A stretch of 64,000 bases of DNA, taken from Promethearchaeota archaeon. GTDB taxonomy: Archaea > Asgardarchaeota > Thorarchaeia > Thorarchaeales > Thorarchaeaceae. Position numbers and translations under genes: made by a program. The stretch is taken from contig WJMJ01000101.1 of assembly GCA_014728035.1 (NCBI GenBank), positions 1 to 64,000 of the forward strand, in the 5' to 3' direction. The notes beneath the pieces were generated by a model that was given only the letters and a program-made list of their open reading frames with translations, was not told where the DNA came from and ran no database searches. Positions 29,518-39,497 of this stretch are shown piece by piece; position 1 is the stretch's first letter; each line of letters starts with the position of its first letter.

Positions 29518-31527
29518 ATGACTGAACGCAAGAAAAAGCCTCCCAAGAATAAAAAACTACCAGCAAATTACTATTTCGACAACGATTTAGTCGAACGTCT
29601 TTTAATAGAATATCACAAAACTGGGTGTACTGATATTGCACTTCGCGATGAGATAATGAGTCATGCCTCAGAACTGATAATCAATATCATTCGCACCCAT
29701 AACCTACACACAATATATGGTGGTAATGATGACTCTTCATTTAATGACCTATTTCAGTTGAGCTGGTGTGTTTCCCCGGATACCATTACTTACACAAATA
29801 ATGGTATGATGAAAATAGGCGATTATGTTGGTGGTGATGTGGTGGGCGATTGTGATATCGACGTATGTGGTATTGATGGTCTCAACCAAGCAACAAAATA
29901 TGTGAGAAGACCGCCAGCACCGACATTAAAAATAACCACCAAGTTCGGGTATAATGTTGAAGCCAGTCATGACCATCCATTTTATGTTCTGACCCATGAT
30001 GGACCAATTTGGAAAACAGCGAGAGATTTAGAAGTTAATGATAAATTGGCCATACAGTTTGGACAGAACGTTTTTGGTGACAATGACGATATCGAATTTA
30101 TACCCCACACATCTGGTGGTATGACTAATATGTGGTCTCCACCAAGCAAGTTCACTACAGAGCTTGCTTATATTATAGGGTTGATAATATCTGAAGGATC
30201 AGTCGATAAGCACAGAATAGCAATATATAATACTGACGATGAAGTCATCGACACACTAATCAACAATAGTATTGGACTTAACTTCAGATATTCGTCTGGC
30301 AGAACAGTGGTTAATTCGATTAGATTCGTAGAATTTATCAGATGGCTTGATGTCGGCAATAACTCACATAATAAACATATACCAGACAAAATGATGGAGT
30401 GTTCGAAATCCATTATTGCCTCTTTGTTGAGAGGAATGTTCGATGGTGATGGTCATTCTAAATGCTCTAATGGCCATGTCGGCTATACATCTACATCGCC
30501 ATTATTAATAGATCAATTAAGATGTGTACTGCTTAATTTTGGAATTATTAGCAAAACCATGAAATCAGACAGATGCACCACTAGAACACCAGATAAGAAT
30601 GGCGGTTTTAAACCAATATATCGCTTATTATTATCAACTATTGACTCTGAAAAATTTTATAGATATATCGGATTCGGTCTAACCCGCAAACAACAAAACA
30701 GCAACAACCTATCATTAAAACCATTCAGATTATTACCGCCAGAGGTCGTGGATCACATCAAGCATATTAAATTAGAATCTGGGCATACCAATTATTTTAT
30801 TAAAAAGAATTTCGCCATTGAATATAGAATGATAAACTACAAAAAGCGCATTAGCCCCAGGGTTGCATCTATATTTTTATCGGCATTCGATGAATTTCGT
30901 GATAGCCAATCTTATAAATATATTGTCGAAAGAATTAACGAATCACAGCATCTAATTTGGTTGCCGATTAAGACCATACACGAATCTTATTCAGAAACGG
31001 TTGATATTGAAGTACCCGAGTCACGCAGTTTTACTGCCAATGGCATAATCACGCATAATTGCCAGATCGAATCCACACTCTACAAATTTAGACCCGGACA
31101 TGCAAAAGTGTTTAATATGTGGTCACAAATTAGCCGCACTGTGATGTTGGCCGCAATCAAGAAAAATGGTAGAGACCGTAAAAACGCAGAATCATATAGA
31201 CTCCACCTGGATAATAGGGCCATTAAAAGACCAGCACTATTCGACAGATTTGTTAAAGAAGCAAAAGAATTATGTAAATATAATGAGGAGCACACATTAA
31301 TATTGAATACCCTTATAGATTTATACAAACATGATGAAAAGCCGCACGAAGGATTGATAGAGAAATTAACAACCAAATCTGGATTATCTAGGCCAAAGAT
31401 AATTAAATTTATTAAGACTCTTCGATTGATGAGTTTTGAATTTACCGACTCAACCATTGGAGAGATAGAACATCAGGAACCAGTAGTAAAACCAACACAA
31501 ATACCATGGTCTAAAGATGATGAATAG
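29518..31527 (+). CDS. T4 gp55-like (late) sigma factor precursor containing an intein
   Basis: Spliced extein NYYFDN...FNDLFQLSW|CQIESTLYKF...FNMWSQISRTVMLAAIKK resembles sigma region 2; located upstream of terminase and portal. Confidence 0.65.
   Translation: MTERKKKPPKNKKLPANYYFDNDLVERLLIEYHKTGCTDIALRDEIMSHASELIINIIRTHNLHTIYGGNDDSSFNDLFQLSWCVSPDTITYTNNGMMKIGDYVGGDVVGDCDIDVCGIDGLNQATKYVRRPPAPTLKITTKFGYNVEASHDHPFYVLTHDGPIWKTARDLEVNDKLAIQFGQNVFGDNDDIEFIPHTSGGMTNMWSPPSKFTTELAYIIGLIISEGSVDKHRIAIYNTDDEVIDTLINNSIGLNFRYSSGRTVVNSIRFVEFIRWLDVGNNSHNKHIPDKMMECSKSIIASLLRGMFDGDGHSKCSNGHVGYTSTSPLLIDQLRCVLLNFGIISKTMKSDRCTTRTPDKNGGFKPIYRLLLSTIDSEKFYRYIGFGLTRKQQNSNNLSLKPFRLLPPEVVDHIKHIKLESGHTNYFIKKNFAIEYRMINYKKRISPRVASIFLSAFDEFRDSQSYKYIVERINESQHLIWLPIKTIHESYSETVDIEVPESRSFTANGIITHNCQIESTLYKFRPGHAKVFNMWSQISRTVMLAAIKKNGRDRKNAESYRLHLDNRAIKRPALFDRFVKEAKELCKYNEEHTLILNTLIDLYKHDEKPHEGLIEKLTTKSGLSRPKIIKFIKTLRLMSFEFTDSTIGEIEHQEPVVKPTQIPWSKDDE
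29767..31059 (+). mobile_element. Intein with LAGLIDADG homing endonuclease (431 aa)
   Basis: Starts CVSPDT; ASHDHPF block B; IGLIISEG and LRGMFDGDG; ends ITHN followed by +1 Cys. Confidence 0.95.
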
Positions 31528-31558
31528 AGAAAATATACTTTAGACCAAGGAGGAAATT

Positions 31559-32377
31559 ATGGCTACACCCTATTCGGTTGGTGAAAGAATAAACAGGAAG
31601 CTTAGAAAAACATTAAAGAAGCGCATTAATCCCAATAATGAGGGAGATGGTGATGGCCAGAGAATGAGGCTAAAATCATTAAGGGGCAAAGTAGCTCCAA
31701 AGAAGTCTGGAAACCACGACCCAAATAGGAAGCCAAATATGGATGAAGCTATCAAGTTCATTGCAAAGTACCATGGGCAAGATGTTGGCCAGATTATCGA
31801 GCAGGTGGAAGACCGTACTGCGTTGGCTAGGTTAGCACGTAAGATGATGGCTATCAATTTTCGTGGCTGGCATAAGGATGGTGATCAAGTGGTTTTTGGT
31901 GAAGGCGAAGTAAAATTGCCATCAAGCCAATGGGCGGTAACAGAGGATTCTCGACTGAAATCGAACAGCGAGACCACCATTGATAATGAATGGTTGTACA
32001 AACTAGCTATACTTGCTGAACAAGACGATAAAGCAACCATTGAACAGAATAATAGCAAAGGAAGTTTGGACCCCAAAGATGTCGGCAGTATGTTGTCCAA
32101 AGCTGGTAGTATATTGCATGGATTAGATAATAATCGTGTTATGAATTATTTAGAAGACGCGATTAGAAGTGAAAAGAACACTGAAGAAGCTGCCAAACAG
32201 AGATCTATATGGGAAAGTACAGGCATTAATTGGCGTTTAGAAGGTGTCGAATTGCTGAACGATGATGTAGCTATGAAGTTGAAAGTTAAATATAGCTCTG
32301 ATGGTACACAAGAAGGCGTTACAGAGAAGATTCTTACAGTGCGCTTACAGAATACCCCGGAGACTGATTTGAAATGA
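31559..32377 (+). CDS. Hypothetical protein
   Basis: Strong AAGGAGG RBS. Confidence 0.7.
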   Translation: MATPYSVGERINRKLRKTLKKRINPNNEGDGDGQRMRLKSLRGKVAPKKSGNHDPNRKPNMDEAIKFIAKYHGQDVGQIIEQVEDRTALARLARKMMAINFRGWHKDGDQVVFGEGEVKLPSSQWAVTEDSRLKSNSETTIDNEWLYKLAILAEQDDKATIEQNNSKGSLDPKDVGSMLSKAGSILHGLDNNRVMNYLEDAIRSEKNTEEAAKQRSIWESTGINWRLEGVELLNDDVAMKLKVKYSSDGTQEGVTEKILTVRLQNTPETDLK

Positions 32378-32931
32378 ATATGATTGACGATCCAATCTTA
32401 CAACAATTAATTTCTAAAGTAGCACAACATGAAACACAAAATGACATCGATGATATTGATGACAATATGGGTGAAGACATAGATGATACACACGATGAAG
32501 ACATAGATGATACACACGATGAAGACATTGTCGAACCAGATGATATAGGTACTAGTGACATTGTGCCCACAGAAGATGCAGACACCGAAGTGGATGCTAT
32601 TAATGCAGATATATCAGACGGCAATAATACGCCTGAAGACGATATTGATAATGATCTTAATAACAAATTCAACGAAATGGTAAACGAAGTACATCAAAAT
32701 TATAAACAAGATAGAGAGAATATATCTGATTTTATAGAATTCCTTAAACACAAGATTGAAAATGACGAAGGCATGCCTGTGCGCGTATATTATGAATCAC
32801 TGTCTTCTTGTCTGCGAACAAAATCAGAATCATCTGCTACCATGATAAAATTGCTAGACAATATCAATAAAAGAACAAATAAAGAGAGTGGTGGCCTTAA
32901 TATTAATTTGCAAGAATTATTGCAAGAATGA
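32374..32931 (+). CDS. Acidic protein, positional candidate for small terminase
   Basis: Translationally coupled upstream of terL; DIDDTHDE tandem repeat. Confidence 0.45.
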   Translation: MNMIDDPILQQLISKVAQHETQNDIDDIDDNMGEDIDDTHDEDIDDTHDEDIVEPDDIGTSDIVPTEDADTEVDAINADISDGNNTPEDDIDNDLNNKFNEMVNEVHQNYKQDRENISDFIEFLKHKIENDEGMPVRVYYESLSSCLRTKSESSATMIKLLDNINKRTNKESGGLNINLQELLQE

Positions 32932-35900
32932 ATGATTTAACCAAAAGCAAAATTAGAAAAGTCATTAAGGATTGCCAAAGTTCCTGCGATTATTTTATTA
33001 ATAAATATTGCAAAGTTAAGCACCCATCTGCTGGCATCATACCTTTTACCACTTTCTCATATCAAAAGAAATGCCTAAGAGCATTTCAAGAACACCGGTT
33101 CAACATTTTCAGTAAAACCCGACAATGCTTTGCTGAAGGTAGCATGGTTTGGACTCCTTTAGGCCCAAAACCCATAGAAAGCATAAAACCACATGACATT
33201 ATATATACATTAAAAGATGGTATTTTGACTACGGCGCAAGTCAGTAAAGTGTTTAACAATGGTTCTGCAGAATGCGTTCAGGTGCGCACCAAGTCAGGAC
33301 ATAGATCTATCAGCACACCAGATCATAAATTTTTAACCTATGATGGATATAAGGAAGCATCACTATTAACTCAAAATGATATTCTTGTGGAAGTTAATGA
33401 CCTACCTCACTATAATACAACAGATAATAGATCCAAAGCAATACTTCTGGGATACCTAATAACCGACGGATATTGTGCAGGATCTGCTCATTTTACCAAT
33501 ACCAGATGGAAATATCTATTGGATTTCCAAAAACATTACGAACTTTTGTTTAATGACAGATTGAAAATTAAGAAGCATTCAACATCTGGTTTTGGATCTG
33601 AGGCAGCATTCCGCATATGCTTGCGTAAAGACGGCAAAGAATGGCTAAAGAAATTGGGAATATGGGGATTAATAGGAGAAAATAAGCGCGTACCTAACGA
33701 AGTTTTTTCTTGGGATAATGATTCTATAGCGATCCTTATTAATAGGATGTTTGCTGGCGATGGATGGTATACAGGATCGATAAACACTAATGAGGCAGGG
33801 ATTGGATCTGAATCTAATATATTGTTGCATCAAATCAAGCAATTGTTATCAAGATTTGGCGTAAATTCAAAATATTGTCCAGCGAATAAAATATCTTTAC
33901 CTAAATTGCGCATAGTGGGTGGTAGAAGTTTTAAGAGATTTCATGATATAATAGATATATTTGGTAAGAAACCAAGACACAAAATAACGAAAGGATTTAT
34001 ATTTAACCGCAAAATTGGTCAAGTCTTGTCTGTTACGCCAGTGGACGGTAATAGACAAGTATATGATTTGCTCGTACCACCAAATCATAATTATGTGGTG
34101 GACGGAGCCGTAGTTCATAATTGCGGAGCGTCAACTCTATCTGGGTCTTTTGCTTTATGGTTTACCATGTTCTTTGGAAACAAAACAACACTCATCACCT
34201 CGAAAAGAGATAATGATGCCAAAGAATTTATGGGCAAGAATATCAGGTTTGTGTGGGATAATCTTCCTGATTGGATGAAATCAATTTGGCAACCCACAGT
34301 TGACAACGAACACGAATTTGGATTTTCCAATGGATCTAAAATTAAATCATTGCCATCCGGACCACATACATTAAGACAATTTTCATCATCTCTCAATATC
34401 ATTGATGAGGCTTCTGTATCTCCACATATGGAAGAAATGTGGGCATCTGGATCTCCCACGTTACAACACGGAGGTCGATGTTTATCCGAAGATTCATTGA
34501 TTGTTACACGAGATGGGTTGGTTTCTATAAGCAAAGTGAAAGATGGTGATGACATCATATTAGATGGTATACATAATGTAGAGTCCAAATACGTCAACAA
34601 AGACATTGAAGACACCATTTCTATAACCACTAGTGATGGACACTATGTACAAGCAACTCCAGATCATAGATTTAAAACAATAAACAATGATGGTGACATA
34701 TCATGGAAATTAGTGTCTGACTTATCATTGGGCGACCACCTAATACTCGATTGTGAAGAAATACAATATGGTAGTATACAAGAATTAGACGACAATATTA
34801 ATAAACTTATTGCTATAAAATGTGGTTGCGACAATGGATGTATTAGCTGCGCAACCTCGATGAATATGTTGAGAAATAAACATATTCCGAAGAGTCTAGA
34901 TGAGAATTTATCATTATTATTGGGGTGCGTATGGGCAAATGGGTTTATTCAAGATTGTGGCAGAATTGGTATATCATATAATAGTAAGTATGGTGATTTA
35001 TCAGATAAAATAAAATCAATAATAAATAATATACCCCATATGCACACATGGGAAGAACAACACAATGGGGATCACAGTATACGGTTTCATTCAAAGTCAC
35101 TGACACTTGCTTTGGAATTAAATGGAATTATAAAAGCATCAGCGAATTATATAGAAATACCCAGTTTGATTTTGAAATCGCCTGAAAATGTGCGTTGTTC
35201 TTTCTTGCGTGGATTTTTTGAACTAGATGGTAGTATATCAGGCGATCAAGTATCAGTGTCTTCCACCAGTCTACGCATGCTAAGACAGATACAAATTATG
35301 CTTCTTAATATGGGAATGCGCAGCATAATTGCTACGTATGAAAGAACCAATGGATATGCAGAGGGACTACAACATGAGTTAACCCTCAAAACCAAGAATG
35401 ATGTGATTAAATTTAGAGATAAAATTGGGTTTCTAAGTACTTATAAACTTAATCTTTTAAATAATGTAAATGCAACTAAGCGATCGCACAATGATCGTTT
35501 CACACATCAAAACGCAATTGATAAATTTTATGACGCCAGCAAATCTTTACCGTCAACTACTAGACAGAGAATATTACAATGCAAAAGAAATTCATCCTTG
35601 CCCAGATATCTAGCCAAAACCATGTGTGAACATGAATGTTTAAAGAATACTTCATTGGGGATATTAGCCAACACCAATAAGTTTACAGATACTATTGTGA
35701 ATTTAGAACAATCAAAATCTTATGTACAAGATATACAGGTGTCAGATATTAATTCTTATGTAGCCAATGGTTTTGTATCACACAATTGTTTAGTAGTCGC
35801 GACTAGTAATGGCATAGGCAATTGGTATTGGAAGACATGGACTGATGCGGTCGCTGGTTATAATAATTTCCACCCAATCGTTATCGATTGGTGGGATATG

Positions 35901-37082
35901 GATTGGGAAATTAGATATAAAGATTCAATAAGCGGTAAGATGATCATATTATCGCCAACGCGTAACATGAGAAAATGCAGAGATGAAAAAGAAAGAGCAA
36001 AATATGGCCCATATTGGAGTCCATGGTTAGAAAATGAATATAGACAACTGGTTGCCCGTGGCGGAGAGAATCTGTTCAGACAAGAAATATTGAGGGATTT
36101 TCTTGGTAGTGGCAATACAGTTATATCGCGTGATGCCATTTTACATATTAGGGAGACTGAAAACAGAGATTATGAAACAGTTAAAAATGTGGATTTTGTA
36201 CACCCAGTGACAGGAGATAACCACAGAATAGAATTTGATGATAACTTATGGGTGTGGAGAAAACCACAACCTGATCATGTGTATACAGTTGGTGTTGACA
36301 TTTCTGGTGGAGAATCACACGACTGGTCTGCCATAGAGGTATTTGATGTCTTGGAACAAGAGCAGGTGGCGGAGTTACAGATCAAAACCACCCCAACTAA
36401 TCTTGTAATGATGGTAGATTTCATCGGTAGATGGTATAATAATGCCATAGTAGTTCCTGAGCGTACTGGTATTGGGCAGACAGTTTGCCAAGATTTAGAA
36501 GTGGCACATTATCCACGGTTGTGGCGACGTAATATGTTACACAATGGAAAGGATAAAAATAGCACCAAAAAATCAAACCATGTTGGCTTCTTAACCACTG
36601 GATCAGGAAAACCAATCATAAATAGAGCATTAATAGATAATTTGGGTCCAGATGGATACAACATATATTCGCACAGATTATGTCAACAAATCGAAACATA
36701 TGTACATCTTGGTGCTGGTAAAACTGGTGCTGAAAAGGGCACATTAAATGATGATTTACCAATTGCATCTGGATTGGCATTTATAGGTGCAGATCAAGCA
36801 GTAGTACGTGGTAATAATATATTATTACCATTGATTTCTGATGTTAATAGTATTACCAACAAATATACTACACAAAGAAATAATGATGGACCAAAAGTAA
36901 TTAAGGACCATAATGCCCTTCAACCAGTGGGCACAAAACAGGAACCAGATAGGAATACAGACATCCAAAAGCAGGTTACCGAATTCACCACAAATCTGAT
37001 CAAACAGCCCAATGTAGAACTTCCACGGGTAAAGAAACGTAATGATAATGGTCAGAAATTGCTGTTTGGAATTCGCAAATAA
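32928..37082 (+). CDS. terL: Large terminase subunit precursor with two inteins (mature about 616 aa)
   Basis: Spliced KTRQ|CGAST Walker A, IIDEA, ATSNG, VGVDISGG, VPERTGIG, NDDL nuclease motifs. Confidence 0.95.
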   Translation: MNDLTKSKIRKVIKDCQSSCDYFINKYCKVKHPSAGIIPFTTFSYQKKCLRAFQEHRFNIFSKTRQCFAEGSMVWTPLGPKPIESIKPHDIIYTLKDGILTTAQVSKVFNNGSAECVQVRTKSGHRSISTPDHKFLTYDGYKEASLLTQNDILVEVNDLPHYNTTDNRSKAILLGYLITDGYCAGSAHFTNTRWKYLLDFQKHYELLFNDRLKIKKHSTSGFGSEAAFRICLRKDGKEWLKKLGIWGLIGENKRVPNEVFSWDNDSIAILINRMFAGDGWYTGSINTNEAGIGSESNILLHQIKQLLSRFGVNSKYCPANKISLPKLRIVGGRSFKRFHDIIDIFGKKPRHKITKGFIFNRKIGQVLSVTPVDGNRQVYDLLVPPNHNYVVDGAVVHNCGASTLSGSFALWFTMFFGNKTTLITSKRDNDAKEFMGKNIRFVWDNLPDWMKSIWQPTVDNEHEFGFSNGSKIKSLPSGPHTLRQFSSSLNIIDEASVSPHMEEMWASGSPTLQHGGRCLSEDSLIVTRDGLVSISKVKDGDDIILDGIHNVESKYVNKDIEDTISITTSDGHYVQATPDHRFKTINNDGDISWKLVSDLSLGDHLILDCEEIQYGSIQELDDNINKLIAIKCGCDNGCISCATSMNMLRNKHIPKSLDENLSLLLGCVWANGFIQDCGRIGISYNSKYGDLSDKIKSIINNIPHMHTWEEQHNGDHSIRFHSKSLTLALELNGIIKASANYIEIPSLILKSPENVRCSFLRGFFELDGSISGDQVSVSSTSLRMLRQIQIMLLNMGMRSIIATYERTNGYAEGLQHELTLKTKNDVIKFRDKIGFLSTYKLNLLNNVNATKRSHNDRFTHQNAIDKFYDASKSLPSTTRQRILQCKRNSSLPRYLAKTMCEHECLKNTSLGILANTNKFTDTIVNLEQSKSYVQDIQVSDINSYVANGFVSHNCLVVATSNGIGNWYWKTWTDAVAGYNNFHPIVIDWWDMDWEIRYKDSISGKMIILSPTRNMRKCRDEKERAKYGPYWSPWLENEYRQLVARGGENLFRQEILRDFLGSGNTVISRDAILHIRETENRDYETVKNVDFVHPVTGDNHRIEFDDNLWVWRKPQPDHVYTVGVDISGGESHDWSAIEVFDVLEQEQVAELQIKTTPTNLVMMVDFIGRWYNNAIVVPERTGIGQTVCQDLEVAHYPRLWRRNMLHNGKDKNSTKKSNHVGFLTTGSGKPIINRALIDNLGPDGYNIYSHRLCQQIETYVHLGAGKTGAEKGTLNDDLPIASGLAFIGADQAVVRGNNILLPLISDVNSITNKYTTQRNNDGPKVIKDHNALQPVGTKQEPDRNTDIQKQVTEFTTNLIKQPNVELPRVKKRNDNGQKLLFGIRK
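33126..34121 (+). mobile_element. Terminase intein 1 (LAGLIDADG, 332 aa) in Walker A
   Basis: CFAEGS...TPDHKF...LGYLITDG...MFAGDG...VVHN|C. Confidence 0.95.
34479..35786 (+). mobile_element. Terminase intein 2 (LAGLIDADG, 436 aa)
   Basis: CLSEDS...TPDHRF...LRGFFELDG...VSHN|C. Confidence 0.95.
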
Positions 37083-37097
37083 TTCGCAGGAGACAAC

Positions 37098-38915
37098 ATG
37101 TCTTGGCAGCTATTTGATAGAATAAGATCTTTCTTTCGTACAGCAGATCTATATAGACAAGATAGTCTATTGCAGGACCAAGACAATTTATCAAGAACCA
37201 CCCATGGTGGTGAGTTTATTAATTATTCAAATGGTGGTCTAATTGATCAAACCAATCTACACATAAATCGTCTTGAGAGATATAAAGATTATGATCAAAT
37301 GGATCAGATGGGTGAAATTTCATTAGCTCTTGATTTATACGCGGATGAAGCCACCCAGATCGATAACGAAGCCAAACATGCCCTGAACATACGAGCACGC
37401 AGTAAAAAGGTCAAAGAAGAGCTTGAAAGCTTATTTTATGATACCCTAAATATCGATTATAGAATCAGACCAATTGTAAGATATCTATGTAAATATGGTG
37501 ATTTTGCTGCTGAGATTGTCGCAAATAAAAATAGAGATGGCATATCATCATTTAAGCATGTCAATGTATATAATTTTGTCAGGGTTGAGACTATATATGG
37601 AGATTTAGTTGGATTTTACTTCGCAGAATCAATGGCGGAGCCAACTTTCCTGCACCCGTGGCAGACTTTACACATGAGGTTAACATCATATGAACTTCCG
37701 TTTAGACCATATGGAAGAAGCATACTAGAAGGTGGTCGTAGAGATTTTAAACGACTACGACTTATGGAAGATGCCGCACTTATCTATAGAATTACCAGAA
37801 GTCCACTTAAAAGAGTGTTCACCATTCCAGTGGGCGATATTCCACCACACGAGGTGCCAGATTATCTCAATAACATTGCTGACCAGTTCAAGCGCAAGCG
37901 GTTTTTTGATCCTGCCACCGGAGACGTCAATTGGCGATATATGCCATTAATCCAGGAAGATGATTATTGGATGCCAGTCCGACAAGATGGCACTGGTCCC
38001 AAGGTAGAAAATCTTCCTGGTGCTGAGAATCTTGATCAAATAGCGGACATATTGTACTTTAAGAAAAAGATGATCAGTGCCCTTAAAATTCCTTTTTCAA
38101 GGGTTGGATTGGGTCAAGATGGTACCGAGTCATCCAATGACAAAGCATTATCACATACAGATTCTGACTTTGCCAAAGCAGTACAATGGGTCCAAATGAC
38201 CACGACTATTGGCCTGAAAAAGATCGCGCTCGTGCATCTGGCATTGAAGGGATTTGGCATTGAAGATCTGCAAAATTTTGATCTTTCATTAACGGCATCA
38301 TCTGCAATTGATGAATTGTATCGAATAGAAACCTGGAATTCGAGAGCTACTGTTATTTCGAATCTCAAGGAGACTGGGCTGTTTCCAGACGAGTGGATAT
38401 TGCAGCATTTTACTGATATGACAGATGACGAAATAACACAAATGCAAGATGAAACATTGCCATCCGATCTGGAACAAGCACTCGAAGAACTGCCCACTGA
38501 GGAAGGTGGTGGAGAAGAAGGTCTGGCCGAGCTTGGCCTAGAAAGCCAATTTGATACGGGACTGGCTAAAAACGTCATTCATGAATATGCAAAATTATCG
38601 AAACCAAAATTGATAGAAAATACAAAATATAATAGTGGATTTGACGCTATAGCAAATGAAAACGAGTTTAATGGCATATTTGTACCCAAGTCAGAAAGCA
38701 AACCAAGTAATGATCCATTTGTGTTGACAGAAGATATTAATGAAAATGAAGAAGATGACGATTCCAGAGCTTTATCAGAACAATGGGGCGATGATTATAA
38801 AGACATAAAAGAGCTACTTGAAGAAAACCGCAAGACTATCGAAAACATCCAACACACTAAAGTAGAAGAGGATGATGAAATAACTTATGAAATGGTATCA
38901 AAAATCACTAAATAA
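37098..38915 (+). CDS. T4 gp20-like portal protein
   Basis: LRLMEDAALIYRITRSP..RVF, EDDYWMP, ENLPGAENL, DILYFKKK. Confidence 0.93.
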   Translation: MSWQLFDRIRSFFRTADLYRQDSLLQDQDNLSRTTHGGEFINYSNGGLIDQTNLHINRLERYKDYDQMDQMGEISLALDLYADEATQIDNEAKHALNIRARSKKVKEELESLFYDTLNIDYRIRPIVRYLCKYGDFAAEIVANKNRDGISSFKHVNVYNFVRVETIYGDLVGFYFAESMAEPTFLHPWQTLHMRLTSYELPFRPYGRSILEGGRRDFKRLRLMEDAALIYRITRSPLKRVFTIPVGDIPPHEVPDYLNNIADQFKRKRFFDPATGDVNWRYMPLIQEDDYWMPVRQDGTGPKVENLPGAENLDQIADILYFKKKMISALKIPFSRVGLGQDGTESSNDKALSHTDSDFAKAVQWVQMTTTIGLKKIALVHLALKGFGIEDLQNFDLSLTASSAIDELYRIETWNSRATVISNLKETGLFPDEWILQHFTDMTDDEITQMQDETLPSDLEQALEELPTEEGGGEEGLAELGLESQFDTGLAKNVIHEYAKLSKPKLIENTKYNSGFDAIANENEFNGIFVPKSESKPSNDPFVLTEDINENEEDDDSRALSEQWGDDYKDIKELLEENRKTIENIQHTKVEEDDEITYEMVSKITK

Positions 38916-39140
38916 ATTCCAACTAAATGGTGAGTACGATGAATCCACATGCACAGCCATGTTGATTTTGACAGATAATATAAGCAATAAAATCATCCAA
39001 ACAAGACATATCATGTCGGACATGGATTCAGTCATCGTTGATGATCTAATGCGAATATTCTCCAGAAGCATTAAAAAGATAGAATCCATGACAGAAGATC
39101 AGTTAGTGTTGATGGTATCAAAATAGGGCTATCAAAATAC

Positions 39141-39371
39141 CCAAGAAAAATACTTGACACGATATTTGCGTCTGTGTATAATGGCGTTCATCCGGTTGTG
39201 GTTGATGGACTGCCAAGAAAAATACTTGACAAACCATATGTTCGTGTGTAAAATGTGTTAAGTTCATACGGTCGTGGTTGAAACGGCACAAAGACATATA
39301 TGAAAGCCCAATGGTTAAACATAGTAATAACAACAAACATGATTGACAGCGTGCATCATATACTGTATAAT
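39141..39371 (+). promoter_or_regulatory. Three tandem sigma70-consensus promoters
   Basis: TTGACA-N17-TATAAT (39154-39182), TTGACA-N17-TAAAAT (39226-39254), TTGACA-N17-TATAAT (39343-39371); first two share the 19-bp CCAAGAAAAATACTTGACA. Confidence 0.85.
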
Positions 39372-39497
39372 TGTCATAATGACATGATGTGGGGGTAAAC
39401 ATACAACCCATGTAGATTATGTATACGATGGATTGGATATGTCGCTGGCATGGTGCTTGCGATACAGGGGGTATACCATCAGACAAAAGGAGAGAGT

